From the NCBI GenBank assembly GCA_010093745.1, contig MU005977.1, positions 1-64,000 of the forward strand: a DNA stretch of 64,000 bases, read 5' to 3'. Below are positions 11,395-24,198 of the stretch, one piece after another. A program made the translations under genes and the position numbers. Within the stretch, counting starts at the first letter, position 1, and the number at the start of each line of letters is the position of its first letter. The notes under the pieces were generated by a model that saw only the letters and a program-made list of their open reading frames with translations, searched no databases and was not told the origin of the DNA. The DNA comes from Piedraia hortae CBS 480.64 (Eukaryota).

Positions 11395-13442
11395 CTACTG
11401 TCGAACTACCTTCAGAATCGAGTCTACTACTGATGGATCTGACAGTGTCGAAGTATCCCCCAATTGGTCTTCCTCGCCCGCTAGGATCTTGCGCAAGACC
11501 CGCCGCATGATCTTTCCAGAGCGAGTCTTGGGCAAATCATCGACGCAGTATACCGCCTTTGGCGCTGCAAACGGGCCAATGGACTTGCGAACCTGCATGA
11601 CCAACTCTTTCTGCAATGCGGGGCTTCCTTCAAAGCCGGTCTTGAGGCTGACAAAAGCATTGACAGCTTGTCCCGTCAGCTCGTCATTGACGCCTACCAC
11701 AGCAGCTTCGCCAACAGCCTGATGCTCAATGAGTGCCGACTCAATTTCTGCTGTGGAGAGTCGATGACCAGAGACATTGACTACATCGTCAACCCGCCCA
11801 CGGATCCAGTAGTAACCCTCGTGGTCTCGGGCGGCGCCATCGCCCGTGAAGTAGTAGCCTTTGTAGACGTTGAGGTAAGTGTCCAGGTAACGATCGTGGG
11901 CTCCCCACACAGTTCGCGTCATTGAAGGCCATGGCTGCTTGAATACTAGTACCCCTTCGACATTGTTCCCTTTCAACTCCACACCTGTGACCGGATCGAT
12001 GATGGCAGGGTCAATTCCGAAGAAAGGCAGAGACGCAGAGCCAGGCTTGGTTGGAGTCACGCCGCCCAGAGGAGTGATGACGTTAGATCCTGTCTCAGTC
12101 TGCCAGTACGTCTGGTCCAAGTTAGCAAAGAACACACCCTTGATTGGGAAGCAGGGGATCGCACATCTACAACATGGGCGTCCTCTTGGCCCACAACATC
12201 ATGATACCATTTCCACACTTCAGCGGCGATAGGCTCACCAACGGAGCCCAAGACTCGCAGATGCTCCATCTGATGCTTCACATGTTCATCACCGGCACGT
12301 TTCAACAATCGCAAGGCCGTGGGAGCCACGTAAAACTGCGTGACCTTGTGCCGCTCGCAAACGTCCCAGTACCGGCTGAAGTCAGGATATGCGGGAGTGC
12401 CCTCAAACACCACCGTGGCCACCCCTAATAGCAGCGGGGCGTAGACCACATATGTATGTCCGGTGATCCAACCTACATCTCCACCACAGAAGAAGCGGTC
12501 AGTATCGTGAATGTCGAAAACGTACTTTCCTGTCATTGCCGCACCAAGAAGATAGCCTGCCGTGGAGTGCATTACGCCCTTGGGCTTTCCGGTCGAACCA
12601 GATGTGTAAAGCAGAAACAATGGGTCCTCAGAGCTCATGCTCTCGGGAGGGTAATAGGATGGCCATTTCCGGGTTTCCTCCTTCCACCAGTAGTCTCTGC
12701 CTTCGGTCCAGGGCACCTCAGCTTCGGTGCGTTTGTAGACCAAGCAATGGCTGACGTTGGGGCAGCTCTTGAGAGCTTCATCGACAATTTTCTTGGTATG
12801 AATGACTTTGCCTCCCCGTTTTCCCTCATCTGTCGTAATAATAACTCTGGACTTTGCGTCAACGATGCGGTCCCGCAAAGAATCCGAGCTGAAGCCAGCA
12901 AAAACAACAGAGTGGATGGCGCCAATACGAGAACAGGCGAGAAGGGCAATGACGGCTTCTGGAATCATGGGCATATACACAGCAACTGTATCACCCTTCT
13001 TGACGCCCATTTGTTTAAGCACCCAGGCAAGCTTGGAGACTTCTTGGCGAAGCTCTCCATAAGTGATGGTGCGTCCGTCGTTGGGATCATCAGCTTCATA
13101 AAGGAGGGCTGGTTTGTCGGGATTCTTGATTGCATGGCGATCAACGCAATTGAAAGAAGCATTCAGCCTTCCTTCCAAGAACCAGGCATTATCACCCGCA
13201 GCCAGCGATCCCGAATGCACCGTTTCGAAGTCGCGATCCCATGACAAAAGCTCGCGGGCTCTGGAAGCCCAGAATTTGTGAGGCTCGTTGATGGACTCGG
13301 CATACATGGCTTTGTAATGGTCCATGCCATACAAATGCGGCCTACTCGGATGTTTCTTGAGAAATGCATCAGGGACTTGGAAGGTGTGGACCTCGTAGGC
13401 CTCTGGCACAGCGCATTGGGGAACTACGTCGCCTTCTGACAT
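11395..13442 (-). CDS. facA: Acetyl-CoA synthetase
   Basis: AMP-binding motif [21 protein letters not shown] spans intron 12164-12112 (GTGCGA..GCTAAC..CAG). C-terminal [15 protein letters not shown]. Confidence 0.96.
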
Positions 13443-14346
13443 GTTCGAGATGAGATGTCAATCGGCATTCCCAGGACTAATAAATAGCTATTTAGGCTAC
13501 TTGTGGCGGAGCTCGTACTGCGGGGAATGTTGATCAATGCGGGGTTGGGCCGAGGACGGCAGTTAATAGTTTGGTAATGACCTGCCCCCTGGACCGTGCC
13601 AGACAAGCAATTCTTGGTAACCATGTTTCCCTGTCATTCTGGACTAGGTGACCACAGAACTGGGTGTAAACCTGCAAGTCATCGGAGTTGAGAATTGTGG
13701 TGCATCAAAAGCAATCCCGAATTGGCTTCCCCGTTCGCCTAAGTTAATCCTGGCATCGGCAATTCTCAGCCTCGTGACAAGTCATCGTTGTAAACCCCCA
13801 CTTGCCCGATTGGAGTTGGCGGCTACAAGTTGGGATCACGTGTAGCGGAAACCGCCTCTTCCCAATGTCTGGGCGTGGTCTTTAAACGGAGTCTTCGGGC
13901 GAGCGTGTTATATCAAACACCTAAAGCCCAAATTCGGTTTCGCGGGGTTTTCGGATGGAACGTGGTTTGTCTGAGGTTAGGTAGCAGCGGGTCGGGCCAG
14001 ACCGAGTGACAGGAACAGGCAACCCGGGAGTGAAGAAAGCAGGAACATGCATGTTGTGGAGAGGTTGTGAGAATTAGATTTTCTTCTCCCAATAACTCCC
14101 AGTTTCACAGTAGGCCCATGCAACAGTACAGTTCTTCGGACACGTGGCTCCAGGCGGCGACCATATACAGCCGCCTAAATAATTTTGCCAAGACAAAAAT
14201 TCTGTCACACTTGCCTACAAGCCATCCTCACGCCAACTCCGTTCAAGATAATACTCGACACAGATCTTCGTGAGGCCCAAAAGAGTATAAAAGCTCTTCT
14301 CAGGACGCGTAGGGAGACATGTTCATTGGCAAATTGACTCAAAGGC

Positions 14347-14618
14347 TGTCGGAAGGAGGGAGTGATCCACTCACATCACTTCGAGTTTGGTGAATGCTGA
14401 CGCAGTCAACAGTGTGTGTGATATACCTCACTATGGAATCCGTCTGAGGTCTAGAAAAGGCTTGCGCCGCAAGACTGCTCTAGACTCTCTTCCCGGCCCG
14501 AACCGCATTCGCCGTGACAACGTTCTTTGACGTAATCACGCTCCAGGGGAAACATCCTCCATGAGGTAAAAGCCCTGGAGAGCTCGGTGCCCTATCTTCC
14601 TAAGGTAGGCGTCCGATA
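14347..14618 (-). mobile_element. Solo LTR, family C
   Basis: Ends TGTCGGA...TCCGATA. TSD AAGGC at 14342-14346 and 14619-14623. Second copy at 26275-26534. Strand inferred from the U-rich hairpin. Confidence 0.88.
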
Positions 14619-14999
14619 AAGGCCCTTAAAGTAGAGTGCATCAAGTAATCGGCACAAGTATCGATTGAATCCCTCCTCACCAGCGTTCTCCTGCTCCGAA
14701 GTAAACACTTTAACTTTTCATCATACCGTATGGCGGCATCAAGGATGAGATGATTCGAAGGTCAAAGTTGTCATGCACTTCCGGTCGAACTTGCAACAGA
14801 ACTGCATGACAACTCCAGCTTGAAGTAAGCCTTTCAGAGGACGGCAAGTCAAGAAATGACAAGTCTAGGATCTGGCCAAACAGCAATGGGAGTAACCATC
14901 TGACACTTGTGTGTGGACGAATCTGGACCGGGCCCGGTCTAGGTCGCTCAAGGAAGAAAGAATTCCTCACTTCTGTTCTGACGAGGATTTCGCCGCATT

Positions 15000-15712
15000 T
15001 CACCAGCTTCTTATCGGTCCAGATGTTTTCACGATTCCTAGCCTCTAACCTTTACGTAGTGTGTCATCGAGCGAGGCCCGGGGATCCGCCAGGATATCTG
15101 CCACAATCTTGCTTGGCTTGGTAATGCGGCTGCCTTAGTTGAAAAGGGTTCATAATGGCCATAACTTTCTTTTCGAAGCAGAGCCGTGAGCTTGCGGGCC
15201 TACAGAAGAGACTCACCTCCTACTTCGATGTACTTCACCTGGGAGGTTCATCCTCCTTCCTGGGAATCAAGGTAAACAGGAACCCTGAAAAACGCCTTCT
15301 CTATATGTTGCTTTGTGGAAGCCTCGGATGGGCACGAATGGGCCCAAAACCAGCAATGGACAAACCTGTATTGGCACTACCTTGCCAAGAAACCCCGACA
15401 CAACACCATAAGTCAGTCTGACCAGCGCTAGCCATACCCATGGCAACCTGCCAGCGTTCAATCCCAAGCCTCGCCGAAGCAGCCATCGGGCACGCAAGGC
15501 TAGGGCAAATTGACAGTGAAACAACAATGCACTTGTCAAAAACCATGGGAGTGACAGTTCGAGGCGAACACGAAGCATGCAAAGCATGTCGCCTGACCAA
15601 AGTTCATCGATTGAATATTACAGAACTCAATTGGCATACGTCAAAAGAACTGCGTAAACCCTTACCACATATCCCTCTGGACATCTACGCAGACGGGTAT
15701 CAAATTGTTTAG
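15000..15712 (+). mobile_element. Degenerate Ty1/copia internal fragments (RT and GAG-pre-integrase)
   Basis: YFDVLHLGGSSSFLGIKVNRNPEKRLLY is copia RT-like. HARLGQI..CKACRLTKVHR..PLPHIPLD is GAG-pre-integrase/integrase Zn-like. Frames are broken. Confidence 0.7.
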
Positions 15713-16806
15713 AGACGTGCAAAAGCCAAGATACACCACCTTGGCTCCAGAAACACGTGATTTGCTGATACATGTCCACAGATACAGTCGATTACCACCG
15801 ATATTGCCAAAACCAACTGGGCAATGATGCAACAAAACACGCGACAAATATAGCTATCATCTGCCTTGCCTGGCGCATGTACTCAACTTGTCAAATTATC
15901 CTAGCGCTTCCTTCTGAACTGTATGGGGGATCGTGTTCTGGCGGCGCAATCGTATGAAGGCCTAGGTGTTGTATGGCGCTGAAGGATTGTGTCAGGAAAG
16001 ACATTGGGATCACTGATAAGCTCGAGGTGACAATGAAGAGGATGGTGAGGAGGCACTTCTGTGGAAGGTAAATCTTAGGTACATTATAAATTTCTGCTTT
16101 TCACGTATTGCCACACAGTAGAGTCAAATCTACTGGTGAGTCGCACTAGTATTGTCCTAGCCTGACGCCGAACATCGGCCCACCATCCAATGTCAGCGAC
16201 AGATCGGGACTGTTATAGGATATGATAGAGTAGATTAGGGAATTGAATCCATTTGACCTTCTTGTACTTGCTGTTCGCCCTTGACCCCGACACTCAAAGG
16301 CTCACAAGTTCAACTTTTCATGTGTTGATGATCCGCTTGCCCCTGTCATCGAGCTACAGACTAGGGTATGCGGTTATTACAGTATCACGGCACTTGCGTC
16401 TCATTTGCCTATAATGCTGGGGAATTAAGTCATTTGGGTTTGACCGCATCGATCGACTCCATTGTTGCAGTCGGTCAACAAGCGTGGTGAGCATAAAGAT
16501 GGACTGAAATGGAGTCTACAAGTCCTCTCCCGATGTATGCAGATGCAAGGCACTTATTACAGCTCCGATGCGTCTACAGTCCAAGAGCGTCAAATCGGAG
16601 CATTTTGGCCACTTTAACGCTATCCATCGCGTTCCGCGCGGTCAGGCCAAACCCAGTTGAGAAAGACCGGGCCGGCCCGACGTCATCAATAACATGTCAA
16701 GGGCAACACATTCCAAGGGAAGCGGCGACAGAACATGAGTGACGGCAATGAATTTGGACCAGAACCCAACTTGCCTTTGGGAACTGGTTGATGCAGAACC
16801 GGGATA

Positions 16807-19515
16807 ATGAACAGCCCCTCGATTCGATTCAGCTCTCCCTTGTCAAAGGGCCCGCGTTCTGCAGCCAAGAATTCATTTAGCGAGCCGGGACTGCAGTTGA
16901 GCAAGATCATTGGCACAACCACCACCTCTCCCACGGGATTCGACAGTTTACCCTCTGCTCGGACTTTCGCGTATGTTGCTGGGGCTGCTGCTGTTGTTGC
17001 CAAAGTTAGCGAATGTCAAGTCGTTGAGCAACGATTTTTCAGGGGCCGCCCGATCACTCAACGAGATCAGCCTAATTGTAACGAAGCACGTAGCGAAGTG
17101 CGTAGGGTTGGGCATGCTCGAGGTCAAAGTTTTCCCGGGTCACCGTCTTTGTCCGTACCAGATTCACCCACAGGACGCAGTGCAACAGCAAAAGACCGTA
17201 TCAAGGCCGCCACATCTGTTGCCCTGAGTCCGAATGGAAAGTGGCTGGCACTGGGAGAGACAGGCTACGTCCCTCGCATACTCATCTTTTCACTAGTTGA
17301 CGGCGGCGAAAGCCCGGTGACCGTCTTAACCGAGCACATGTTTGGCGTTCATGCCCTACGTTTCAGTCCAGACTCGAAGTATCTCGCCAGTTTGGGCGTA
17401 ATAAACGATGGATTTCTCTTCGTGTGGGCGATAGACGATCGATCAGGGAGCGCTACACTGTCTTGCAGTAACAAATGCACCACCGTCATCAACGATATGG
17501 TATGGATCAATAAAACGATTCTGACCGTAGGGCTACGCTTTGTCAAAGTGTGGAAACCAGACGAAGGCGACTGCCGACGTCAAGATTCCCCTAGGGTGCG
17601 CCCCGATGGCCCGCTCGGCAACAGTGTCTTGTCTCCTAGGCATAAAGTGCTAAATGGGAAGAACTGTCTTTTGGGTGACCTCATTGATGCAAACTTTGTT
17701 GCCGCTTTGCCAGTGGGTAATCAAGCAATCCTTTGCACCGAATCTGGTAGCATTTGTTTGATAGACGAGACGCGGCTAACTATTGTGAATGAAGTGGACT
17801 TTGACGTTTCAGCATTACGCTTGGAGGGCGATCAAGTAAGTGTTTGCGGTACTCAGTCCATATATATTCCCCTGGATGAGCTGAAAACTGGCATCACTGC
17901 AGTCAAAGAACAGAAAAGGGTAGCAAACCAGCAAGATGCCATTGTTGCAACTGCAGGTTTAGGCGCTACAGCTGTTGAGATTCTCTCGAACGGCAGCTTG
18001 AGGTTGACTTCGAAGTGGACTTCACACCAACTTCCGGCGCACAAGGGAGCTATCAACGGTGTTTTGCCCATTGACTCCAACGAGTTGCCCGATGCCGCTT
18101 TCCTTACGTTTTCCTGCGACGGAGGTGTGTGCATTTGGGACAAGTCTGGAAACATCGTATCAGAACTGTCTGTGCTGATCGAGACGTCCCCGCAAACGTT
18201 TGATCTGGTGAATGAGTTGAGGTCCGTTGCCTTGTTAACTACTAACGCTGTGATCTCTTGTGGAGATCGCTATGGCGCAATATCCTTGATGAACATTGAG
18301 ACTGGTCGTATCTTCCAGCAAATGCGTGCTCACTCAGCCGAAATTACCGACATGTGCGCCTTTCAATACGGAGAAACACACTGTCTAGCTACCTGCAGCC
18401 GAGATCGCACCGTCCAACTCTTTGCATGGACCGAAGGCAGGATTGAGTTGTTACAAACGTTGGACGAACATGCAGGTGCAGTAACGGGTCTGCTTTTTCT
18501 CAAGGACCGTTTGCTCTCAAGCTCAGCCGACCGGTCTATTGTCATTCGCGAAGCAATCCCACGAGACAACAACCCTTTGTCCCTCATATTCGGCAAACCC
18601 CGGCATCTCGTGCTCAAATCTGCCCCGACATCAATATGCGCAGGCGAAGATGGTAGCGTATGGGTGTCGAGCACTGACCGCACGATTGCAAGATATAGTC
18701 TTAAGTCAATCTCGCCAAGTTTCAGTTTTAAGTGTGCCGACCCAGACAGAGGTGAAGCGGCAACTATGTCCAACATCTTCTATACGCCATCACTGAATGG
18801 AATCCCCACTCTGGTTGGAATCTCTAGCAGCGACAAGTCCGTGAGGCTATATACCGACTACGGAGGCCTTTTGGCACGGGATTGGGGCCATACCGAAGGC
18901 ATAACAGGGCTTGCTGTTCTAGCAAGCGGAAAAGTTATAACAGTAGCAGCCGACTCAACCATCTTCATCTGGACTACTCAAGCACAATCCAAGCCTGCTG
19001 GCAGCGATGGTGAAAAGGACAAATCCTCTCTCACCCCCGGGCCGGTTATACGAAAAGTGATATCCCACTCCGAACTCAACCGCGCCGGTGCTTTATCAGA
19101 TACCTTTGGACGCAGAGGATCACGAGATCTCTCGCCCAGCGCAGGCGTTGGGGCATCTCCCAAGCGCACCCGCAATCGCGTGAACATGCCCATTTCCCGC
19201 ACGAGGACCCCTTCACCCCCTTCGCCACCAAACCGCATAAGAGAGGCAGCAGCCAAAGAGAACATTTCCTTCAAGCTGGACAATGCCAATCCCAAAAAGG
19301 CCAAGTTTGGAACCCTCAGCGCGTCCACGGAGTCTGTGTCTCGCACGCTGAGAGCATACCGGAAGAAGGTAACGTCTCCCGCCGAGGTTGAGCTAGACTC
19401 GCTGCGTGAGCTTGAACGAGAACTGAGATTGACCCTTGCCATCGTTGAAGAAAAGGTTGGGAGGAGTGGTGCTGCTTACAGTATGGCTTCTTCAAGGGGT
19501 GAGGAGTCTGTATAG
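16807..19515 (+). CDS. WD40-repeat protein, WDR62/MAPK-binding protein 1-like
   Basis: 902-aa ORF with LSKIIGTTT, LALGETGYVPRILIF, EHMFGVHALRFSPDSKYLASLG, TLDEHAGAVTGL, DWGHTEGITGL, and a C-terminal LRELERELRLTL helix. Confidence 0.88.
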   Translation: MNSPSIRFSSPLSKGPRSAAKNSFSEPGLQLSKIIGTTTTSPTGFDSLPSARTFAYVAGAAAVVAKVSECQVVEQRFFRGRPITQRDQPNCNEARSEVRRVGHARGQSFPGSPSLSVPDSPTGRSATAKDRIKAATSVALSPNGKWLALGETGYVPRILIFSLVDGGESPVTVLTEHMFGVHALRFSPDSKYLASLGVINDGFLFVWAIDDRSGSATLSCSNKCTTVINDMVWINKTILTVGLRFVKVWKPDEGDCRRQDSPRVRPDGPLGNSVLSPRHKVLNGKNCLLGDLIDANFVAALPVGNQAILCTESGSICLIDETRLTIVNEVDFDVSALRLEGDQVSVCGTQSIYIPLDELKTGITAVKEQKRVANQQDAIVATAGLGATAVEILSNGSLRLTSKWTSHQLPAHKGAINGVLPIDSNELPDAAFLTFSCDGGVCIWDKSGNIVSELSVLIETSPQTFDLVNELRSVALLTTNAVISCGDRYGAISLMNIETGRIFQQMRAHSAEITDMCAFQYGETHCLATCSRDRTVQLFAWTEGRIELLQTLDEHAGAVTGLLFLKDRLLSSSADRSIVIREAIPRDNNPLSLIFGKPRHLVLKSAPTSICAGEDGSVWVSSTDRTIARYSLKSISPSFSFKCADPDRGEAATMSNIFYTPSLNGIPTLVGISSSDKSVRLYTDYGGLLARDWGHTEGITGLAVLASGKVITVAADSTIFIWTTQAQSKPAGSDGEKDKSSLTPGPVIRKVISHSELNRAGALSDTFGRRGSRDLSPSAGVGASPKRTRNRVNMPISRTRTPSPPSPPNRIREAAAKENISFKLDNANPKKAKFGTLSASTESVSRTLRAYRKKVTSPAEVELDSLRELERELRLTLAIVEEKVGRSGAAYSMASSRGEESV

Positions 19516-19699
19516 CCTTATATGATATTTATGATGTTATGAAGAGTATACTCGTGACGTGAAGCCTTTCCTTTCGGTCTTAGAGTAGGTGATTACATGC
19601 AGAAACTTAAGGCTGCGTTCGTCAACATCCCCTGAGATCCCTCTTTTTGAAACAAGATGCGTTTGGTCTGTGTCCGCCGGTGTCACGTGCTAGTATAGC

Positions 19700-22600
19700 C
19701 CCATCGCAGTAAATCTCCTCTTTGAGTGTCACCAACCCATGGAAACGAACCCCAACAACCCATTGACGTTATTTCCACCAAAGCAGGGATGGTCCGACAC
19801 GAACACCAGCACCTGCATTGACGACAACAAAACCTCCAACACTTTCCCATCGACCCCTTCCAAAACGAACCCGTTCAATCTCACCTCATTCGCACCTCAA
19901 ATTACGACGCGCAAACGCACCATGAAGCTACTTCTTCAGCGTGTCGCAAGGAAGCTCAATCTAATCCTGCTATCGAAACACGCGACACTAACATCAGCTC
20001 TAAGCCAGTACAAATTGCCCTTATCGATACCTCCGGTCTCCGGCAACAACAAGCCAAGCTTGCCTGCTGGCTGAAGATGATTGACAGTCTCAACTCAACT
20101 CTCGCCTCGTTCTTGTATACTCAACCAGAGGCCGCACAACCACTAGCAGAGAAGCTGATTAGGGCCTCTCAAACAGTTGTCAATGAAGCCACCATCATCT
20201 CAACCCATAAGCCCAATGCGCCAACAACTCAACCGCATAAATATCTGACTGCGGAATAGGTGTTTACAAGTCTGCCGCAGCCATCCCCTGCGAAGAGGAC
20301 CCCTAGCGGCCCAGGAACAGATGATCCAAAGCAAACTTAGTCTCAAGTATTCCGCAAGTGTCCGAAGACTGACGACAACAGGCAGACAGAACCGAAACCG
20401 ACAGCAAAAATCCCATTCCCATCACATAAGACGGAAGAAAGTCGAACAGACAACAGAATCTTCGTTCGCCTCCGTGCGGACGATCCGAAACGAAAAGCTT
20501 ACAACCCCGCGATCAAAAACTCTCTCGTGGACTACGTAGGTTGCGGATTAGAATCGATCAAATATATTCAAACTGTCAAATCGGGTTTCGCACTTGTCCC
20601 GATCGACGAGCCTGCTCATACCTACCTGAATAGCCGTATGGCAGACATCTCGCATTTCTCCAAATGCCCCGTGGATGTTGGCACGCCTATGTCGTGAACC
20701 GCGTCCTCAAGTCACTCTGTGACTTGAAGAGCGAATCTATCCCAACAAAAACAGACATAGTCTTGGCAGATGCCACCCAGCGGGCAGGCACGAAGCTGCT
20801 CCAAGTAGAATGGTCCCGCTTTGAACAAGACGCAGACTCAGATTGTATGGTACTGCTCTCGTTCGGGCAGAGTGTCCGACCCTTCAACCTATTCGGAGTC
20901 AGTGCTCTCGCCACCCCTCTGCGACAAAAAGACAAGCTTGTACAATGTGATGCCTGCCATGAGTATCACCAGACCACCCGCGGCAGCCGGTCCAGAGTCT
21001 GCTCGCACTGCACAGGCCCGATACACGAGGGCGAGTGCTCAGGCCCCTCCTGCTGTTCGAACTGCCTAGATACTCATGATGCTCACGATCCAAAGTGTCC
21101 GGCAAGGCCAAAAAGAAAGAACGGCACTTTTGCCCCTGCGTCACGAAATCTTCTCAAATCAATCCGGAGCAACAACCGCGATGTTAGACACGCCAAAAAT
21201 AAGGAAGGATTACCCAGTTAAACTACTACTCAAGAAACACACGAATTCTAGTCGACTCAGCCGGATGAAACCCCCGGCCCAGATGTGGAATCATCCATGG
21301 ACACCTCAACTGCTTAGTGTCGAGTACAACCGAAAGGAACCGCTGCTTATCCCAACACGACCGAATTGTCTTCCTGCTGCAAGCGAACGTGCAGCAGTCC
21401 TAATCATGACCTTGCACTCTCTCATGGCGCATCGATTGGCACCTCCATACTTCTGGTGCAGGAGCCATGGAGTATGTTCGACAGAACCAGCCAGGTATTT
21501 CTCACCAAAACCCACCTCGACTATACCCTATTCATACCTCTTGGCGAGGAACATCTCAAAACGAGGGCCGCGACCTACATTCTCAAACCGTCCGGCTTGA
21601 GAATGTATAGCGCCCCTAGGCCCTCGCGGGACATCGTTTGGGTCAAAGTGTCGGGGCACAGCGACTTGCTGGACACGGTTAATGTGTACCGGCACGCTGG
21701 CACGCGCGCCCCACATCTCATTCACCAGCTACAGTCTGCAACTGGCGCCTTCCCCTCGAGAATTATCATGGCAGGCGGTTTCAACCTGCGCTCGAGGCTG
21801 TGGGAGCCAGGAGCCAGCAATACCGCTGAGGCACGGCTTTTTGCAGATTACGAACTAGGTACGTCTACAGAGACGGCGACGAAGAGGTACTCAGGGAAGC
21901 GTACCCCATCCGCCCGCTGCCTGAGGTGACACTCGAACCTAGCTCCATCGACGAGCTGGCCACTGCTCTCATTAACAACAACAAAAGCGCCATGGAAGCG
22001 TCGATACCGAAGAGAAATCTACAGGCGAGACGACGTACGCCTTGGTTGAACCAGAAGTGCAATAATGCCCTAGTGGACCACAACACATTGCTGAGGGCGG
22101 GAGCTGGACAGGACAATCGACGGCAAGATAGCCTTACGAGCCGCAGTGAGACGTTCCAAGCAACAATTCCGAACCAGACATATTGAAATTGCGACAGAAC
22201 AGAGCACCTCTGGAAGGTAGCTGGCTGGCGTAAGCCCAAGCGCCAAGCGGGTAACCCTCCAATACAGGACGGTAAGTTCAGTGCAACCACTCCAGCTGAA
22301 TATTGTGCGCTCCTCAAGGTCGAGCACTCTCGAACGAATATCCGCCCCCGACGATGTTCCGGCATGGGATACACCGTCTGTACCCTGTCGGTCTATCCCC
22401 CTTGACTCGGAAATCACCGCAGCCGAGGTCGGGCAGGTCACCATTGGCAATAGTGGAAACATGGCCCCGGGAGAAGATGGCATCACGATAAAGGTCTTGA
22501 CTGTTCTCTGGGACAAGCGGGAGGAGGGAGTCACTACATTGTTCCGAGCTTCACTGAAAATGGGGCACTTCCTCAAGCCCTTCAAAACGGCGGAGGTTGT

Positions 22601-24198
22601 CATGCTGCCGAAGCCTAACAAAGATCCAAGGACCACAAAGGGCTGGCGCCCGATATCGCTACTCTCAAGTCTGAGCAAAGGCCTAGAAAGAGTGCTCGCC
22701 AAAAGGGTGGCCTTCCTCGCGATTGATCCAGGAGTCCTGCACGAGCAACAATTCGGCACGCTCCCAAAGCGGTCCCCTGGCGTGCCTTTCAAACGACCCT
22801 AATCACACATGCTACCGAGACTGAGAGAACAAGGCTGGCCCGCATTTTCCGTCAACTGGACCGGATCTTTCATGACCAAAAGGGCATGCAGCGTGCGTCT
22901 GGGCGGACACACGACACAATCAGCTCCCTTGCAATGCGAATTGCCTCAAGGCTCCCCTATATCCCCTATCCTATTCCTCCTTTATGTTCAACCGATAGTT
23001 GAAAGATGAAGCAGTTTCAGCTACGCGGACGATATCGGAATCCTCACCACCAGCCATGACACCACTCAGGCCTCAGAACTGCTGAGAGCTGAATAAGAGG
23101 AAATTGAATCATGGTGTGACCAAATGCCATCACTCTTGAGCCGGGCAAGGCGGAGCTGATTCGCTTTTCGCGAAAGCGCGTGCGGCAGACGCCCTCGATC
23201 GATATCGGCAGAAGGGAGGTCCATCCCATCGAGGCTCTAAGATGGCTAGGGGTGTGGCTAGACCCAGCACTGACCTTCAAGCACCACATCGATACGTGGG
23301 CAGCAAAGGCTAGGCACTTCCTCCGCTCGCTCTCAAATACACAGAGAGGAATCCCCACAGCTAAAGCTCGATTGGCAGTCACGGCATGCGTGCTCACACT
23401 ACTCACATATGGCATGGAAGCTTACTAGCCGGGCCTCGCCCGGAGCATCGGCGACCGCCAGGTCGGGACGGACATGAAATCCCAAGTTTCGAAATTGGAT
23501 AGAGCCCTTCGCTCCTCACCGACCCATCGTACCCTGTTGGAAGATCACCATCACAGTCGAAGGCCAGGCCCCAGACCACCTTCACTCTCTCGCACATTAG
23601 GCGCATTGCTTGGGTATCGCACGTGGGGCCTCTGCGAGTATGGTGACAGGAAATGCACATAGGTCATACCAAGACCTCGCAATCTGTATCTCGACCAAGC
23701 CGCCGAAGGAACTACAACTCTCGCGCCCCGCTCTGTCTCATCTTGTTGCATGCAAAACCGGTCACGGCGATTTTGCAGACTATCACAAACGCTTTGATCA
23801 CCCGACGTACCCCGGCACTGCTCCTGCGGCGCCGTGAAGACGCCGACACACTTTTTCTTCTCCGAGGAGGGCCGCAGGTAGTCAGGGGCGCTGAGATGCT
23901 CAGACCACCGTCTGGACGTTTTGTGGGTCCTTTCGACCGCAGACAGAGCTCAGGCCTTCCAGCTGTTCCTCAAGCACACCAACCTCTTCAACTCTGTGTG
24001 CCCACAGCGCCAGCTGCCAAGTCAAGACGAGATGGCCGGCCGTAACGCGCAGGAAGACAAAGGATATTAAGCTCATGAAAGGATAGGTGGGATTGGTAAG
24101 GTAGCTTATACCCTGACCGCGGGGTTTAACCCGCCATCTAGCGCCCAATAAGGACATAGACGTAAAATGCAGGAAAAAAAAAAGAAGGAAAAAAAAAA
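19700..24198 (+). mobile_element. Degenerate Tad1-like LINE (non-LTR retrotransposon)
   Basis: ORF1 Cys/His knuckles (QCDACHEYH..CSHCTGPIH..CSNCLDTH, 20664-21221). APE endonuclease (ILLVQEPW, MAGGFN). RT (APGEDGIT, WRPISLLSSLSKGLE, LPQGSPISPILFLLY, YADD). C-terminal TGHGDFADYH. A-rich tail 24174-24198. Many stops and frameshifts; 5' boundary approximate. Confidence 0.93.

Noticed and set aside
13520..13544. Two GCGGGG CreA-type sites upstream of the ACS gene
   Set aside because: Biologically plausible, but 6-mers are too common to support from sequence alone.
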